A stretch of DNA of 64,000 bases from Perkinsela sp. CCAP 1560/9 (taxonomy: Eukaryota > Protista > Euglenozoa: Kinetoplastea): positions 310,001 through 374,000 of the forward strand of contig CBFFSA010000006.1 in assembly GCA_965644495.1 (NCBI GenBank), given 5' to 3'. The stretch's first letter is position 1. The number at the start of each line of letters is the position of its first letter. Positions 9,328 to 19,833 of the stretch are shown in pieces. The position numbers and the translations under genes are program-made. The notes under the pieces were generated by a model. The model did not search any database and was not told the DNA's origin. It saw only the letters and a program-made list of their open reading frames with translations.

Positions 9328-12300
9328 ATGACCTTGGAAAGGACAGGTTGGGATATTCCAGACACTTTAGATGACTGGCTCCCGAGAATTTTAGAAAATG
9401 GGTGCAGCCAAGAGCAATGTGGAGACATAGTAGGAGATTTCGGCGAAGAAGTGGTCTCTTTATTTCCAAAATTTTTACCGGCGCCAATCAGTATACCTTC
9501 GTGGAATTTGTCAAGTGACAAAGACAAAAACACACGTGAGCACATGTTTTGCGAAACTGCTGAAAGTGTACTGCTTGACTTGTATAAAAACACTGATGAG
9601 GAGCTTTTGCACATCCTTATTAGAATACTTGATAACTACACAAATATTAAGGAGGACACCGAAAAGCGTCATCTCTTGCCAGTCTATATCGCAGAATGCA
9701 CAGAAGCCTTGGGGATTGAGCGGTGCGAACTTGTTGACGCAATTTTCAGATTCCCTGGTGAGATTCTTCTATCTCTTTTGGTAGATTTTATGAAGCTGGA
9801 TGTGTACAGTGATAATACAGAACCAAGCCATTCACGAGGTCCCACAGCACATTTCAAGAGAGGGAAGGAATTGGGCTTTCATACTGAAAGGGCTTTACAT
9901 CGCCGATTAACCTTGAAGGCCAAGGCTTTGCAAGCACTAGAGCAACCCGAAAAATTATTAATTCATGACACCTCTAACTCGGCATCCATAGGTCAAAAGA
10001 AAGTCTTGACAAAAGGAAAAGATCATGTTCGATTTGATTTGCCTGCTCCAACCTCTGCAAATCTTGGAAGAAACCAGTGTTTACCAGTTACTGAATTACC
10101 CGAGTGGACGCGCGATGCCTTCGGGTCTATTACTTATCTGAATACCATTCAAAGTAAAGTATTTTGCACAGCATACGAAACTGACGAGAATATGCTTGTA
10201 TGTGCTCCGACAGGTGCCGGCAAAACACTGATCGCACTTCTTGTTATTCTCCGGCAAATGAAACATAGTCGAAAAATGGATGAAAATTTTCTCAATGATT
10301 TCAAAGTGGTTTATCTAGCTCCCATGAAGGCTCTCGTATCAGAAATGGTTGACAACTTCTCCTCCCGTCTCAAAAGGTATGGGATTGTAGTTAAAGAACT
10401 CACTGGAGATATGCAGCTTACAAAGAAACAAATTGAGGAGACGCAAATAATCGTTTCCACACCCGAGAAGTGGGATGTCATAACAAGGAAAACGTCGGAT
10501 AATCCTTTTTTATCCATTTTGCGCGTTCTAATTTTGGACGAAGTACATCTCCTAAATGATGAGCGTGGTCCCGTACTGGAATCGATTGTTGCGCGCACAT
10601 TACGTCTCGGGGATATTGGGGATGCTGAAGTCCGCATCGCTGCTTTAAGTGCAACATTGCCGAACTACGAAGATGTTGCACGATTCCTGCGCGTTGATTC
10701 CTCGATGCATTTACACGTGTTTGGTCCTGAATACCGTCCTGTACCGTTGAGTACATCGTATATCGGAATTCATTCCTCTCTTCCCGAACAGGAAAAAAGG
10801 CGCGTAATGGAGCGCATCACGTACAGCCATATTTCAGAAGCTCTGTATAAAGGGAAGCAAGTTCTCGTGTTTGTACACGCCAGACGTCACACAGTACTGT
10901 TAGCCAGTCATATTCGCGAAACCTTGCTTGAGAAAAAACAAGAAGGCTTATTTCAAGATGAGACCTTTCTGGATCAAATTGGTAAATGCGTGAAACGACT
11001 ATCTTCTAAAGAGCTACAAGAACTCGCCCTTTATGGCATTGCTTTTCATCATGCTGGAATGCTTCGCACAGATCGCAACGCCGTTGAAGGCTTGTTTCGA
11101 TCAAAGGCACTACGGGTACTGGTCTGTACTGCAACATTGGCTTGGGGTATTAATCTACCTGCGCATACCGTAATTATCCATGGAACTGAAATTTATGATG
11201 CGCAACGAGGGGGATACGTACATCTTTCTGCTCTTGACGTTACTCAAATATTCGGTCGGGCGGGGCGTCCACAATACGATACGACAGGGCATGGTATAAT
11301 CATTACAAGTGAACGGGAAATACATCAATACCTACGGCTGCTGGCGCATTCGCTCCCGATCGAATCAAGACTACATCGATCCCTTCCCGATCATCTCAAT
11401 GCCGAAATTCATGCTGGCACGGTTGGTAACATTCCGGAAGCTGTTCAATGGCTGGAATATACATATTTCTGGCAACGTCTTCAGAAAAATCCTTTAAGGT
11501 ACGGTGTGAACATTTCTGATCTTCGTCGGGACCGCGACTTGACCAAATATAGATATGAATTGATGTCAGGAGCGGCCAAACAACTTGCAAAGTCTCGTAT
11601 GATCCGATACAGTGAAGATACTGGCAAGGTGGACTGTACTGAAGTTGGGCGTATAGCCTCCTATCTCTACTTGAGCTATTCAAGTATAGATATTTTTAAT
11701 AATCTTCTCTCTCAATTTGAACTCGAGAACAAAGCATTTGTGGAAGAGGGAGATGTGTTCAATGTAATTGCTTGTTCAATTGAGTTTTCACAGATACGCG
11801 TACGAATTGAAGAGGAAGTTGATCTACAAAAAATGTACTCGCAGTTGCCAGCGTCTGTCCGACGAATTAGTGTACGACGTGAGAGTGCGGACGATAGCAC
11901 TTCTCAGTGGAAAGTTGTGCTTCTCATGAAATGCTATATATCCAGACTAGTGCCGTCGGAGCACTCAATTGCAAGTGATATGACCTATATCACCCAAAAT
12001 GCAGGACGCGTAGCTCGTGGTCTCTACGAAATAGAGGCTCACAAGGGGCATCCGCATACAGCATTACTTTTTTTCAACATTGTCAAATCATTAGAACGAA
12101 AGTGTTGGGAAGACATTGACCATCCATTGCGGCAGTATGAAAAGGTGCCTCTGACTCAATCAGTAATTCGGTATCTCGACCAGAGGAGACCGAGCATACA
12201 GGATTTAATCGCAATGGGTTCGAACGACATTGGAGATTTGATTCACAATCGTCGGTTAGGAGCGGTGGTAAAGCAAATGGCGTTGCACTTCCCTGCAGTT

Positions 12301-15231
12301 GCAGCTTCGGTTGAAGTCTTTCCTATTACGCGTACAGTTTTGCGCTTAAAGATTACTATCACGCCAAATTTTGTCTGGTCTACTCAATATCACGACGCCA
12401 CAGACAACTGGTGGCTAACGGTTAGCGACGATCAATGCGAGACAATACTGCATCAAGAAACAGTTCGTTTCAATATTCATGATGTCATAAAAGCGAAATC
12501 AATGTATGTGAACTGTACCATTCCTGTTCATCCTGAAAATGAACGATTTCTTGTGAGCATGCATAATGAGAGATGGGTCGGTGCCTCGGAAGTTGTTCCT
12601 TTTACTTTATCCCGGCTTGTTTTGCCCGACGATAAAACGATTCGCACTAAACTCTTGAAGCTTCGTCCCATTGGAGTATACGTGCTTCCATCTAGGTTAC
12701 AGAAGCTCTACGATTTTACTTTCTTTAATTCAATCCAAAGTCAGTGCTTTCATGCGTTCTATCACCAAAATGACAATATCTTTCTGGGAGCTCCAACAGG
12801 TAGTGGGAAAACCGTGTGTGCTGAACTGGCTATGATACAGCTACTTCAAAGCCCTAAACTTCATCGTGGAAAAATAGTTTACATTGCCCCACTCAAGGCT
12901 CTAGTTCGAGAGCGTTTGAAAGACTGGTCAGCTCGATTCGAGAAGAAGTGTCGGTTTTCGGTCATTGAATTAACCGGTGACAAAACGCCGGACCTTGCCG
13001 CGATCCATTCAGCAGATATTATTTGCACCACGCCTGAAAAATGGGACGGAATTACGCGGAGCTGGAAAAGTCGACAGTACACTACGGCAGTCCGACTAGT
13101 TATCTTTGACGAAATTCATATGTTAGGAGGTGATCGAGGGCCTATTCTCGAGGTGCTTGTATCACGTCTTCGGTACATATCTTGGCATCAAAAGAGTGAC
13201 ATTCGACTCATTGGGTTGTCAACTGCAGTTGCTAATCCAACAGATATGGCGTTATGGTTAGGCATAGCGCGGCCGAACCAGATCTTTAATTTTGATCCGA
13301 GTGTCCGCCCGGTTCCAATGCGTTGTCACGTTGCTGGTTTCCCAGGAGTTCATTACTGTCCTAGAATGTCTAGGATGAATAAGCCGACGTACGAAGCAAT
13401 AGTGGAGAAGAGCCCGACGAAGCCAGTACTTGTATTCGTTTCTTCAAGAAGACAAACACGACTTACCTCAATGGCATTAATAAACCACATGTTACAAGAA
13501 GGAAAGAATACATCGTTTTTACGCATGAATTCGAATGAGCTTCGCGCTGCAGTAGGCCGCGCACAGGACTCATACCTTCAACATGGTTTACAATTTGGCG
13601 TTGGCATGCATCACGCGGGGCTGCTCGAATCAGATCGGATTCTGGTTGAAATGCTTTTCCGAAGTGGGAAACTTCAAATTCTTGTGTGCACATCTACGTT
13701 AGCATGGGGCGTCAACTTTCCTGCATATCTAGTAGTAATTAAGGGAACCGAGTATTATGATGCAAAGACGAAATCGTATATTGACTTTCCTATCACTGAT
13801 GTTCTGCAAATGATGGGTCGTGCAGGCAGACCACAGTTTGACAAAGAAGGGATAGCGCAGATCTTTGTAGCCGAATCTAAAAAAACGTTTTACAAACGCT
13901 TCCTTTATGAACCTTTTCCTGTCGAATCATCGCTCCATGAATGCCTGTCCGTTCATTTTAATGCCGAAATAGTAGCAGGAATAATATGCACATCAGAAGA
14001 CGCGGTGGATTATCTGACTTGGACCTATCTTTTCCGTAGATTACTGAGAAATCCTAGATATTATGGGCTGCAGGAATCTAATCCGGAGAACCTAACGAAT
14101 TACTTGGCTGACCTGGTTAGATCAATATTCAATGAGCTGGAAAACTCTTTTTGTATCTGCATGGCAGATTCCACCGAACAGGCTCCATCTCGGTATACTC
14201 TTGCGCATGTGTCGCCTACATTGCTAGGCAAGCTGTGCAGTTATTATTATTTGCATTATCGAACGGGTTCATTATTTGAAACAAATTGCCAGGCTGACAC
14301 ATCCCGAATGTCAATAATAGAAATCGTTTCAAAGTCTGAAGAATTTAAGGATTTTCCTTTGCGCCACAATGAAGATGCACGCAACACTGAACTAGCGGAA
14401 GCAATGAATCTTACTAAAGAAAACTGCGCCTATGATTCTCCTCACATGAAAGTATACTTACTTTTATTAGCTCATATTCAACGAATAACTTTACCAATCG
14501 CCGACTATTATACGGATACCCGAACTATGTTGGAGAATTTGGTGCGCATCATGCAGGCTATGGTAGATATTTGTGCGAAAAATGCTCTTTTATTCACAGC
14601 AATGCGCGTGATGAACATAATGCAAAGCGTCGTACAAGCACAGACATGGAAAAGTAGCAGCCTATTACAAGTTCCACATATTAAAAAGGAAATTTTATCG
14701 AATTTAAAGGCAGAAGGCATTTCAGAAATATGTCAGCTTGCCAACGGTACTTCGGCTGAAAAACGGATCGTTCGCTCCATTTTGTCAAAAAGAACCTACA
14801 AACTATCATCTGAACAAATAGATGAAAGTATGGAAGTCATAAACCGTCTCCCTCTGCTGGAGGTGTTCCTTAAGAGTGATACTCAAGTGGACGATGGAGT
14901 ATGCACCGTTACCTTAGACGTTACCCTTTTTCGTTTAACTCCTACACATCCCCACGTACATGCTCCGCACTATCCTCGAAAGAAGTATGAACAATTTTGG
15001 GCTATTGTTGGGTGTGATCAAACGGGCGAACTTATTGCTTTGAAGCATGTTCATCGAATACGGCGGCGGCGCCACTTTCAACTTGTCTTTGATTGGGATG
15101 AGAGTTGGGATCAAACTTTTGTTATTGGGGATGAGCTAATTCACAAATATAGACTGTATTTCTATCTTATTTCAGACTCCTACATTGGACTGGACTTGCA
15201 ATACGGTTTCGAAGTGACACGTCTTTCGTAG
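9328..15231 (+). CDS. ASCC3: ASCC3/Slh1 Ski2-like helicase with two helicase cassettes and Sec63 domains
   Basis: Two cassettes (APTGAGKT..DEVH and APTGSGKT..DEIH). GFPGVHYCPRMSRMNKP...SPTKPVLVFVSSRRQTRLT is ASCC3-type rather than Brr2-type. First ATG is at 9328. Confidence 0.9.
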   Translation: MTLERTGWDIPDTLDDWLPRILENGCSQEQCGDIVGDFGEEVVSLFPKFLPAPISIPSWNLSSDKDKNTREHMFCETAESVLLDLYKNTDEELLHILIRILDNYTNIKEDTEKRHLLPVYIAECTEALGIERCELVDAIFRFPGEILLSLLVDFMKLDVYSDNTEPSHSRGPTAHFKRGKELGFHTERALHRRLTLKAKALQALEQPEKLLIHDTSNSASIGQKKVLTKGKDHVRFDLPAPTSANLGRNQCLPVTELPEWTRDAFGSITYLNTIQSKVFCTAYETDENMLVCAPTGAGKTLIALLVILRQMKHSRKMDENFLNDFKVVYLAPMKALVSEMVDNFSSRLKRYGIVVKELTGDMQLTKKQIEETQIIVSTPEKWDVITRKTSDNPFLSILRVLILDEVHLLNDERGPVLESIVARTLRLGDIGDAEVRIAALSATLPNYEDVARFLRVDSSMHLHVFGPEYRPVPLSTSYIGIHSSLPEQEKRRVMERITYSHISEALYKGKQVLVFVHARRHTVLLASHIRETLLEKKQEGLFQDETFLDQIGKCVKRLSSKELQELALYGIAFHHAGMLRTDRNAVEGLFRSKALRVLVCTATLAWGINLPAHTVIIHGTEIYDAQRGGYVHLSALDVTQIFGRAGRPQYDTTGHGIIITSEREIHQYLRLLAHSLPIESRLHRSLPDHLNAEIHAGTVGNIPEAVQWLEYTYFWQRLQKNPLRYGVNISDLRRDRDLTKYRYELMSGAAKQLAKSRMIRYSEDTGKVDCTEVGRIASYLYLSYSSIDIFNNLLSQFELENKAFVEEGDVFNVIACSIEFSQIRVRIEEEVDLQKMYSQLPASVRRISVRRESADDSTSQWKVVLLMKCYISRLVPSEHSIASDMTYITQNAGRVARGLYEIEAHKGHPHTALLFFNIVKSLERKCWEDIDHPLRQYEKVPLTQSVIRYLDQRRPSIQDLIAMGSNDIGDLIHNRRLGAVVKQMALHFPAVAASVEVFPITRTVLRLKITITPNFVWSTQYHDATDNWWLTVSDDQCETILHQETVRFNIHDVIKAKSMYVNCTIPVHPENERFLVSMHNERWVGASEVVPFTLSRLVLPDDKTIRTKLLKLRPIGVYVLPSRLQKLYDFTFFNSIQSQCFHAFYHQNDNIFLGAPTGSGKTVCAELAMIQLLQSPKLHRGKIVYIAPLKALVRERLKDWSARFEKKCRFSVIELTGDKTPDLAAIHSADIICTTPEKWDGITRSWKSRQYTTAVRLVIFDEIHMLGGDRGPILEVLVSRLRYISWHQKSDIRLIGLSTAVANPTDMALWLGIARPNQIFNFDPSVRPVPMRCHVAGFPGVHYCPRMSRMNKPTYEAIVEKSPTKPVLVFVSSRRQTRLTSMALINHMLQEGKNTSFLRMNSNELRAAVGRAQDSYLQHGLQFGVGMHHAGLLESDRILVEMLFRSGKLQILVCTSTLAWGVNFPAYLVVIKGTEYYDAKTKSYIDFPITDVLQMMGRAGRPQFDKEGIAQIFVAESKKTFYKRFLYEPFPVESSLHECLSVHFNAEIVAGIICTSEDAVDYLTWTYLFRRLLRNPRYYGLQESNPENLTNYLADLVRSIFNELENSFCICMADSTEQAPSRYTLAHVSPTLLGKLCSYYYLHYRTGSLFETNCQADTSRMSIIEIVSKSEEFKDFPLRHNEDARNTELAEAMNLTKENCAYDSPHMKVYLLLLAHIQRITLPIADYYTDTRTMLENLVRIMQAMVDICAKNALLFTAMRVMNIMQSVVQAQTWKSSSLLQVPHIKKEILSNLKAEGISEICQLANGTSAEKRIVRSILSKRTYKLSSEQIDESMEVINRLPLLEVFLKSDTQVDDGVCTVTLDVTLFRLTPTHPHVHAPHYPRKKYEQFWAIVGCDQTGELIALKHVHRIRRRRHFQLVFDWDESWDQTFVIGDELIHKYRLYFYLISDSYIGLDLQYGFEVTRLS

Positions 15232-15449
15232 TTACTTAAGTATCTGCTGAGATCATCTCAAAAGTTTCACTATACCCTCCACTTACTTGTATTTATCAGT
15301 TTTTTGAGTCGGCAGCCGCCACACGACGGTCTTCTCGGAATTCAAATTCCCCCTGTCCATGTGTGGCAAAGTAGTGCGAAGTGCTTTTTTAACTCATAGA
15401 TTAAAATCTTAAACATTAAATGTCATAACAAATATCAAGTGCGCAGTGT

Positions 15450-16328
15450 ATGTCCTTAAAAATATGGAACCTTGGTCAAATTGACTACGTACGCACTTAC
15501 AGGTTACAAAAAATTCTAACTCGTTATCGCAAGCGACCCTACAATGAATTAGGTGACGAAGTGAAGCAACTCAATGTAGTACCTTCATCTTTTAGCCTTC
15601 CCCCACCTGATACCGATATTCTGCTTTTATGCGAGCACAACCCCGGTGTCTACACTACAGGAAAACGAGATCGTTCTTCGGATCTAGAAAAGGCGGGGTG
15701 CTTCATACCTACACGTGGACTAAATCAAATCCATCACGCATCTGAATACGATGACCTGTCATGCATTGGACACATCTCACTTAATAAAAATGCATCGACT
15801 CCCGTGCTTCGCACTGCCAGAGGGGGTGGGGCATGTTATCACGGTTCAGGACAGCTTATGGCGTACCACATAGCGAATATACAAAGTCTACATTCCAAGT
15901 GTAGGGAAAGGCATACCCAGGCGAGCCCACTGCGATGGTACATAAATAGTCTTGAGGACGTCATCATTGAAGTCGGACAGAGGTATGAAGTTGATCATTT
16001 TCTGTCTCGCCGAAAGGAGACAGCCGGGCTATGGAGTCCCTGGGGCAAAGTTGCGTTTATTGGACTTCAACTCTCGCAGTGGGTCTCAATGCATGGACTT
16101 AGTCTGAATGTTACGGTGGAGTGCGAACGACCGCTGTCTTTGATTACGTTTTGTGAGCAGCAGGATAATGTTCCGAGCTCCATCGAGTCCTTGTTAAAGC
16201 ATAAAGATGGTGTAGCGCACTGTCCTCCCACTGTATCACACTCAATGTCAGTTTTTTGCAAGGCGTTTGTAAGAAATTTCGGCTACCAAGTAGAAATGCG
16301 GAATTTAGAGTCAACGCATTTGTGGTGA
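15450..16328 (+). CDS. lipB: Octanoyltransferase / lipoate-protein ligase B
   Basis: Motifs LLLCEHNPGVYTTGKR, RGGGACYHGSGQLMAY, KVAFIG, VSMHGLSLNV. Confidence 0.9.
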   Translation: MSLKIWNLGQIDYVRTYRLQKILTRYRKRPYNELGDEVKQLNVVPSSFSLPPPDTDILLLCEHNPGVYTTGKRDRSSDLEKAGCFIPTRGLNQIHHASEYDDLSCIGHISLNKNASTPVLRTARGGGACYHGSGQLMAYHIANIQSLHSKCRERHTQASPLRWYINSLEDVIIEVGQRYEVDHFLSRRKETAGLWSPWGKVAFIGLQLSQWVSMHGLSLNVTVECERPLSLITFCEQQDNVPSSIESLLKHKDGVAHCPPTVSHSMSVFCKAFVRNFGYQVEMRNLESTHLW

Positions 16329-16538
16329 TTGACCTTTAAATGAAGAACTTCCAGGGATATTATGAGAAATTACACGTAGACCCGTGCGTATTACTCCACT
16401 TTCCACTGTATACCCATGGATAGACGAATATTGCGTTGAAGTGAGACAGTGCTGGTTTTTTTCATTGGGCGGACAAAACTTTCCTTCATGCCCTATGCCG
16501 TCGCATATGAAACACTTGAGAGTGGGGTACTTCGACAT
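16311..16538 (-). pseudogene. Antisense fragment with a CCHC zinc knuckle (gag-like remnant?)
   Basis: KCFICDGIGHEGKFCP is an exact CX2CX4HX4C. The same frame upstream is interrupted by two TGA stops. It lies opposite to the gene cluster. Confidence 0.4.
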
Positions 16539-16721
16539 AGACTTGAGAATCCGATAGTATCCTCAAGAATAGTTCCTTTCTGCCTGGAATTGTGACCGAC
16601 GAAATCATATTTCTTTCTCCTTCGTTTTCTTGTCTGTTCATAGTCTTTTAATGGTGAGATAAACTAAAAGTTTAAAAGATAAACTAAAAGAGGGAAATTT
16701 TATTTGTTATTATTTGTTTAT

Positions 16722-16902
16722 TACTATCCCCCGTATTACTATCCTAGCGTTGCCTGGTTTTGAGAAAAAGCAACGCTAGGAGGGGGGGTCCAAAAACAAA
16801 TCGCCGCTTCGCGGCAAGAGAGTCTTGAAGAGACAGTCTAAAAAGCAACGCTAATGAGGGGGGGGGGGTACTGAGGCAACGCTAGGATAGGGGGGGATAG
16901 TA
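16722..16902. mobile_element. MITE-like element, family A copy 1 (~180 bp, TIRs, possible TA target duplication)
   Basis: Left end TACTATCCCCC.GTATTA.CTATCCTAGCGTTGCCT; right end AGGCAACGCTAGGATAGGGGGGGATAGTA. Four TAGCGTTGC/GCAACGCTA motifs. Central GCCGCTTCGCGGC hairpin at 16803-16815. A second copy lies at 56190. Confidence 0.8.
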
Positions 16903-17195
16903 TTTGGTTCGACGAGCGAGTAATGCATTCATTCGAAGCAAAATTTAGTTTTTGCGCACTCATGCTTGCATTTTTGAAGCGACCCCTTCATTTACGCTTC
17001 CAAACAACTCAATTTCTTCTTCAAATTTTCGGAGTTTGGATCTAACTATATTCAATATTTGAAATAACTCCCACTTATATTTTGTTTGGCCGAAACCCAG
17101 GGCACCGCTATACACGCTATAGGCGTTTCTTATTTTTTTCTTCGTTTATTTTTTATTTTGATCATCACAAAAAGTATGGTAAACGATATACTATC

Positions 17196-17891
17196 ATGGC
17201 ATACCTAAACACATGTAGTTCTCACTCTGTGAGGGGTTCCGATGAACCGCAAGCGGTGCGACGTGGACGGGTTGAACGCAATATTCTCCCCCAAGAGTAC
17301 GAACTTGCAAGCTTGATTCGCGATGTGCAGAACCCGGATCCTAGCTGGACGACGCACACCAAGGCGTGTGACTGGCAAGGGATTACGTGTGAGGAAGCTT
17401 CTCCTGCAAATCTTCAAGTCACTGGGGTGAAGTGGCGTGGATACGGTCTGAAAGGGACGATTCATTGGCCTAGCATACCCATCACTACGCGGTCGTTTGA
17501 TCTTAGCTCCAGTTTCGTAACGTTTCAATTTAATCGACTCGAGGGGGAGGTGGACTTGACGGTACTACCGCACGAACTGCAAGTGCTTGAGCTTTATTAC
17601 TGTCAGTTTAGTGGGACAGTAGATCTTACCGCTTTACCCTTAGAGCTTATCGATCTGGATCTGCGCGGAAACAAATTTATCGGGGAAGTTGACTTCACGC
17701 GACTGCCACCTAAATTAAAAATTCTTCGTTTGTGCTACAATAAGTTCAAGGGTGAGGCCGATTTTCGCGATCTCCCGCCGACCGTTGATGTGCTCTCGAT
17801 CTTTCAAACCGAGCTGGAACCACTAAAGGGATTCGTCCCGGACCGTGTTCAAAGGACCATCTCATACCGTAGTACCGTAGCACCGCAGTAA
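17196..17891 (+). CDS. Leucine-rich repeat protein (LxxNxFxGxVDLTxLP-type repeats)
   Basis: ACDWQGITC cap, then repeats such as NRLEGEVDLTVLPHELQVLEL and NKFIGEVDFTRLPPKLKILRL. First ATG is at 17196. Confidence 0.85.
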   Translation: MAYLNTCSSHSVRGSDEPQAVRRGRVERNILPQEYELASLIRDVQNPDPSWTTHTKACDWQGITCEEASPANLQVTGVKWRGYGLKGTIHWPSIPITTRSFDLSSSFVTFQFNRLEGEVDLTVLPHELQVLELYYCQFSGTVDLTALPLELIDLDLRGNKFIGEVDFTRLPPKLKILRLCYNKFKGEADFRDLPPTVDVLSIFQTELEPLKGFVPDRVQRTISYRSTVAPQ

Positions 17892-18132
17892 AGTACATTT
17901 CACTGAGAAATGCTCTAACTCCTATTACATTGTGGCATAATTTTACAGATCATATTTTTAAATCACGCGAAAGTAAGGAAGATTAGCTAGTTTTTTGAAA
18001 TCGTCTCAATCGCTTTTTGTATTATCTCTTTGCATAGAAAGCATTTAATTTTGTCACGTTACGAAAATTTGGCGAAGCCTCCAACTTTTGTGCTTATTTT
18101 ATTGCTTATTATACATTTCGCTTTTTAGAGGA

Positions 18133-19833
18133 ATGGATGGGGCTCCAAATCCTTTTCAGGAAAACCGTCTTCCACCACCCCCAAGTGATACAATAACATT
18201 AGGAGAAGTTGGAGGCGTATTATATCAAACATCAGCTACGGACTCCAGGGATTCACAACTCATCACTTTTAAACAAAATCGAGGACGATACTTTCCCTTG
18301 TTGCACTGCTCTTTCGATCTGTTGAGCACAGTTCACAAACTTTCGAAAACGACTTCCTGCACAGTAAATGACAATAGAAGCTTACCCAACATTTTTGATG
18401 GTACCAGTATTTTTGACTTCAATAAAGCGCTTTGTAGGAATATGCAAGCGATAACGAACAGTGCGCTACTGAAGCTACGCCATGCGGCAGATACTTCCCT
18501 GCTGTTCTCACCCCTTCATTTCTTTCTCAGGCCTGTGCTACCCCCGGACGTCGAGCGTGGCATCTATCAATCTAATAAGACGAAGCAACTTCGATCTGGT
18601 CCGACACGAGTGGTGAAGTCAATTGCGTGGCACTCCTCCGGTATTTTGGCAGTATTGGTAAATTCTTTGCATGATACGGACACAGATAATGGAGCCGTCT
18701 CGAATCGAAGCTCTAGTACACCATGTACCGTGTTACTTGTGTCGCTGGATGACTTATCCGCGGAAGCCAGAGGTATTTCTGCAATCTCGATGGGGGATGA
18801 CAAAATTTCGACGGGCGATCTTTCTTTTCGCGAACTCGCGCATGAATTTCAAACCGGGTGCCACGCTCTGGCTTGGGTTCCGGACAGCACCCCCGTACTT
18901 GCCGTAAGTTGCCGCGGCGGTATACTACTGTGGTCCACAGAGCTCAACTTATCCCACCTCGTCCCCGGGGCTATGCCCGTTCCCCGTACCTCATCCCACG
19001 CTTCACATTTCACCGCGAGTGGGGTTGCCGTATTCTACGCGTTCCCCGACACCCACGCTGAGATTTCAGTTCTGAGCTTTACACCCCAGGGTGGGCGGTA
19101 CCTCGCTGCGGCCAGTGCGTCGAGCTGCACAACCGTTATTTACGACATCTCCCATGCCCCGTGTAGTGCTGGGGCGATGGTGCGTAGTCTCCGTACCTTA
19201 CGTGGGGCCCCGCACAGTTTGTCATGGTCCCCTGAGGGTACGCTATTCGCGATGGGATTTACCCACCGAGCGGAGCTCCTGGTGTATCAAACCAACAAGT
19301 GGTGCTCCACTTCGTACGCTTTTCCCGGGGCAGTGCGTAAACTGCAGTGGGCGGTGTTCGACGATGGTCGGACAACATTACTCGTGTCCTGTACCAGCAG
19401 CAGCGCCTTGTATTTTCTAAGTTTTCCGAAACCAGTGTCCAATGCCGGGGTGATTACTAAGGTGATTTCCTGTGATCCGTACATTGCGCGAGATCGGATC
19501 TCCGGGAAGCCATGTTACGTAGGTGCGGATCTGTCTTCGACAGTTCCCGAAAGATCGCACCAAGCGTGCCTTTTGGCGTGGTCACTGTCGAGGTCGCTGC
19601 AGAGACTGTGTGGGGGGTTGGAGGATGGTCATATTGAGGCATTTCGGCACGATGGAGCACGAGGGTTTTCCCCGATTGGTGTGATTCGGGCTCACCCCGA
19701 TGTACCGGGGGGAGTTCGTATTCAACAAATGGAATTTGTAAGCACAGACTGGGGAGAAGTGCTCTCTGTATTGTGGGATGACAGTTCCATCACATTTACG
19801 TCCTTCATGATGCGTCACGGCAGTGGTTATTAG
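18133..19833 (+). CDS. AAAS: WD40 nucleoporin, ALADIN-like (TbNup48-like)
   Basis: LAHEFQTGCHALAWVPDSTPVLAVSCRGGILLW, LSFTPQGGRYLAAAS, SLSWSPEG and VYQTNKW parallel the ALADIN blades. ATG at 18133. Confidence 0.7.
   Translation: MDGAPNPFQENRLPPPPSDTITLGEVGGVLYQTSATDSRDSQLITFKQNRGRYFPLLHCSFDLLSTVHKLSKTTSCTVNDNRSLPNIFDGTSIFDFNKALCRNMQAITNSALLKLRHAADTSLLFSPLHFFLRPVLPPDVERGIYQSNKTKQLRSGPTRVVKSIAWHSSGILAVLVNSLHDTDTDNGAVSNRSSSTPCTVLLVSLDDLSAEARGISAISMGDDKISTGDLSFRELAHEFQTGCHALAWVPDSTPVLAVSCRGGILLWSTELNLSHLVPGAMPVPRTSSHASHFTASGVAVFYAFPDTHAEISVLSFTPQGGRYLAAASASSCTTVIYDISHAPCSAGAMVRSLRTLRGAPHSLSWSPEGTLFAMGFTHRAELLVYQTNKWCSTSYAFPGAVRKLQWAVFDDGRTTLLVSCTSSSALYFLSFPKPVSNAGVITKVISCDPYIARDRISGKPCYVGADLSSTVPERSHQACLLAWSLSRSLQRLCGGLEDGHIEAFRHDGARGFSPIGVIRAHPDVPGGVRIQQMEFVSTDWGEVLSVLWDDSSITFTSFMMRHGSGY
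18880..19780. other. GC-skew switch island 2 (weaker; centre ~19200)
   Basis: C-biased ~18890-19160 and G-biased ~19330-19780, inside the ALADIN-like CDS. Confidence 0.55.

Noticed and set aside
9304-15231. Brr2/SNRNP200 assignment
   Set aside because: The second cassette keeps intact motifs and the ASCC3-type HYCPRM..MNKP segment, and a Brr2-type N-terminal region is not evident.
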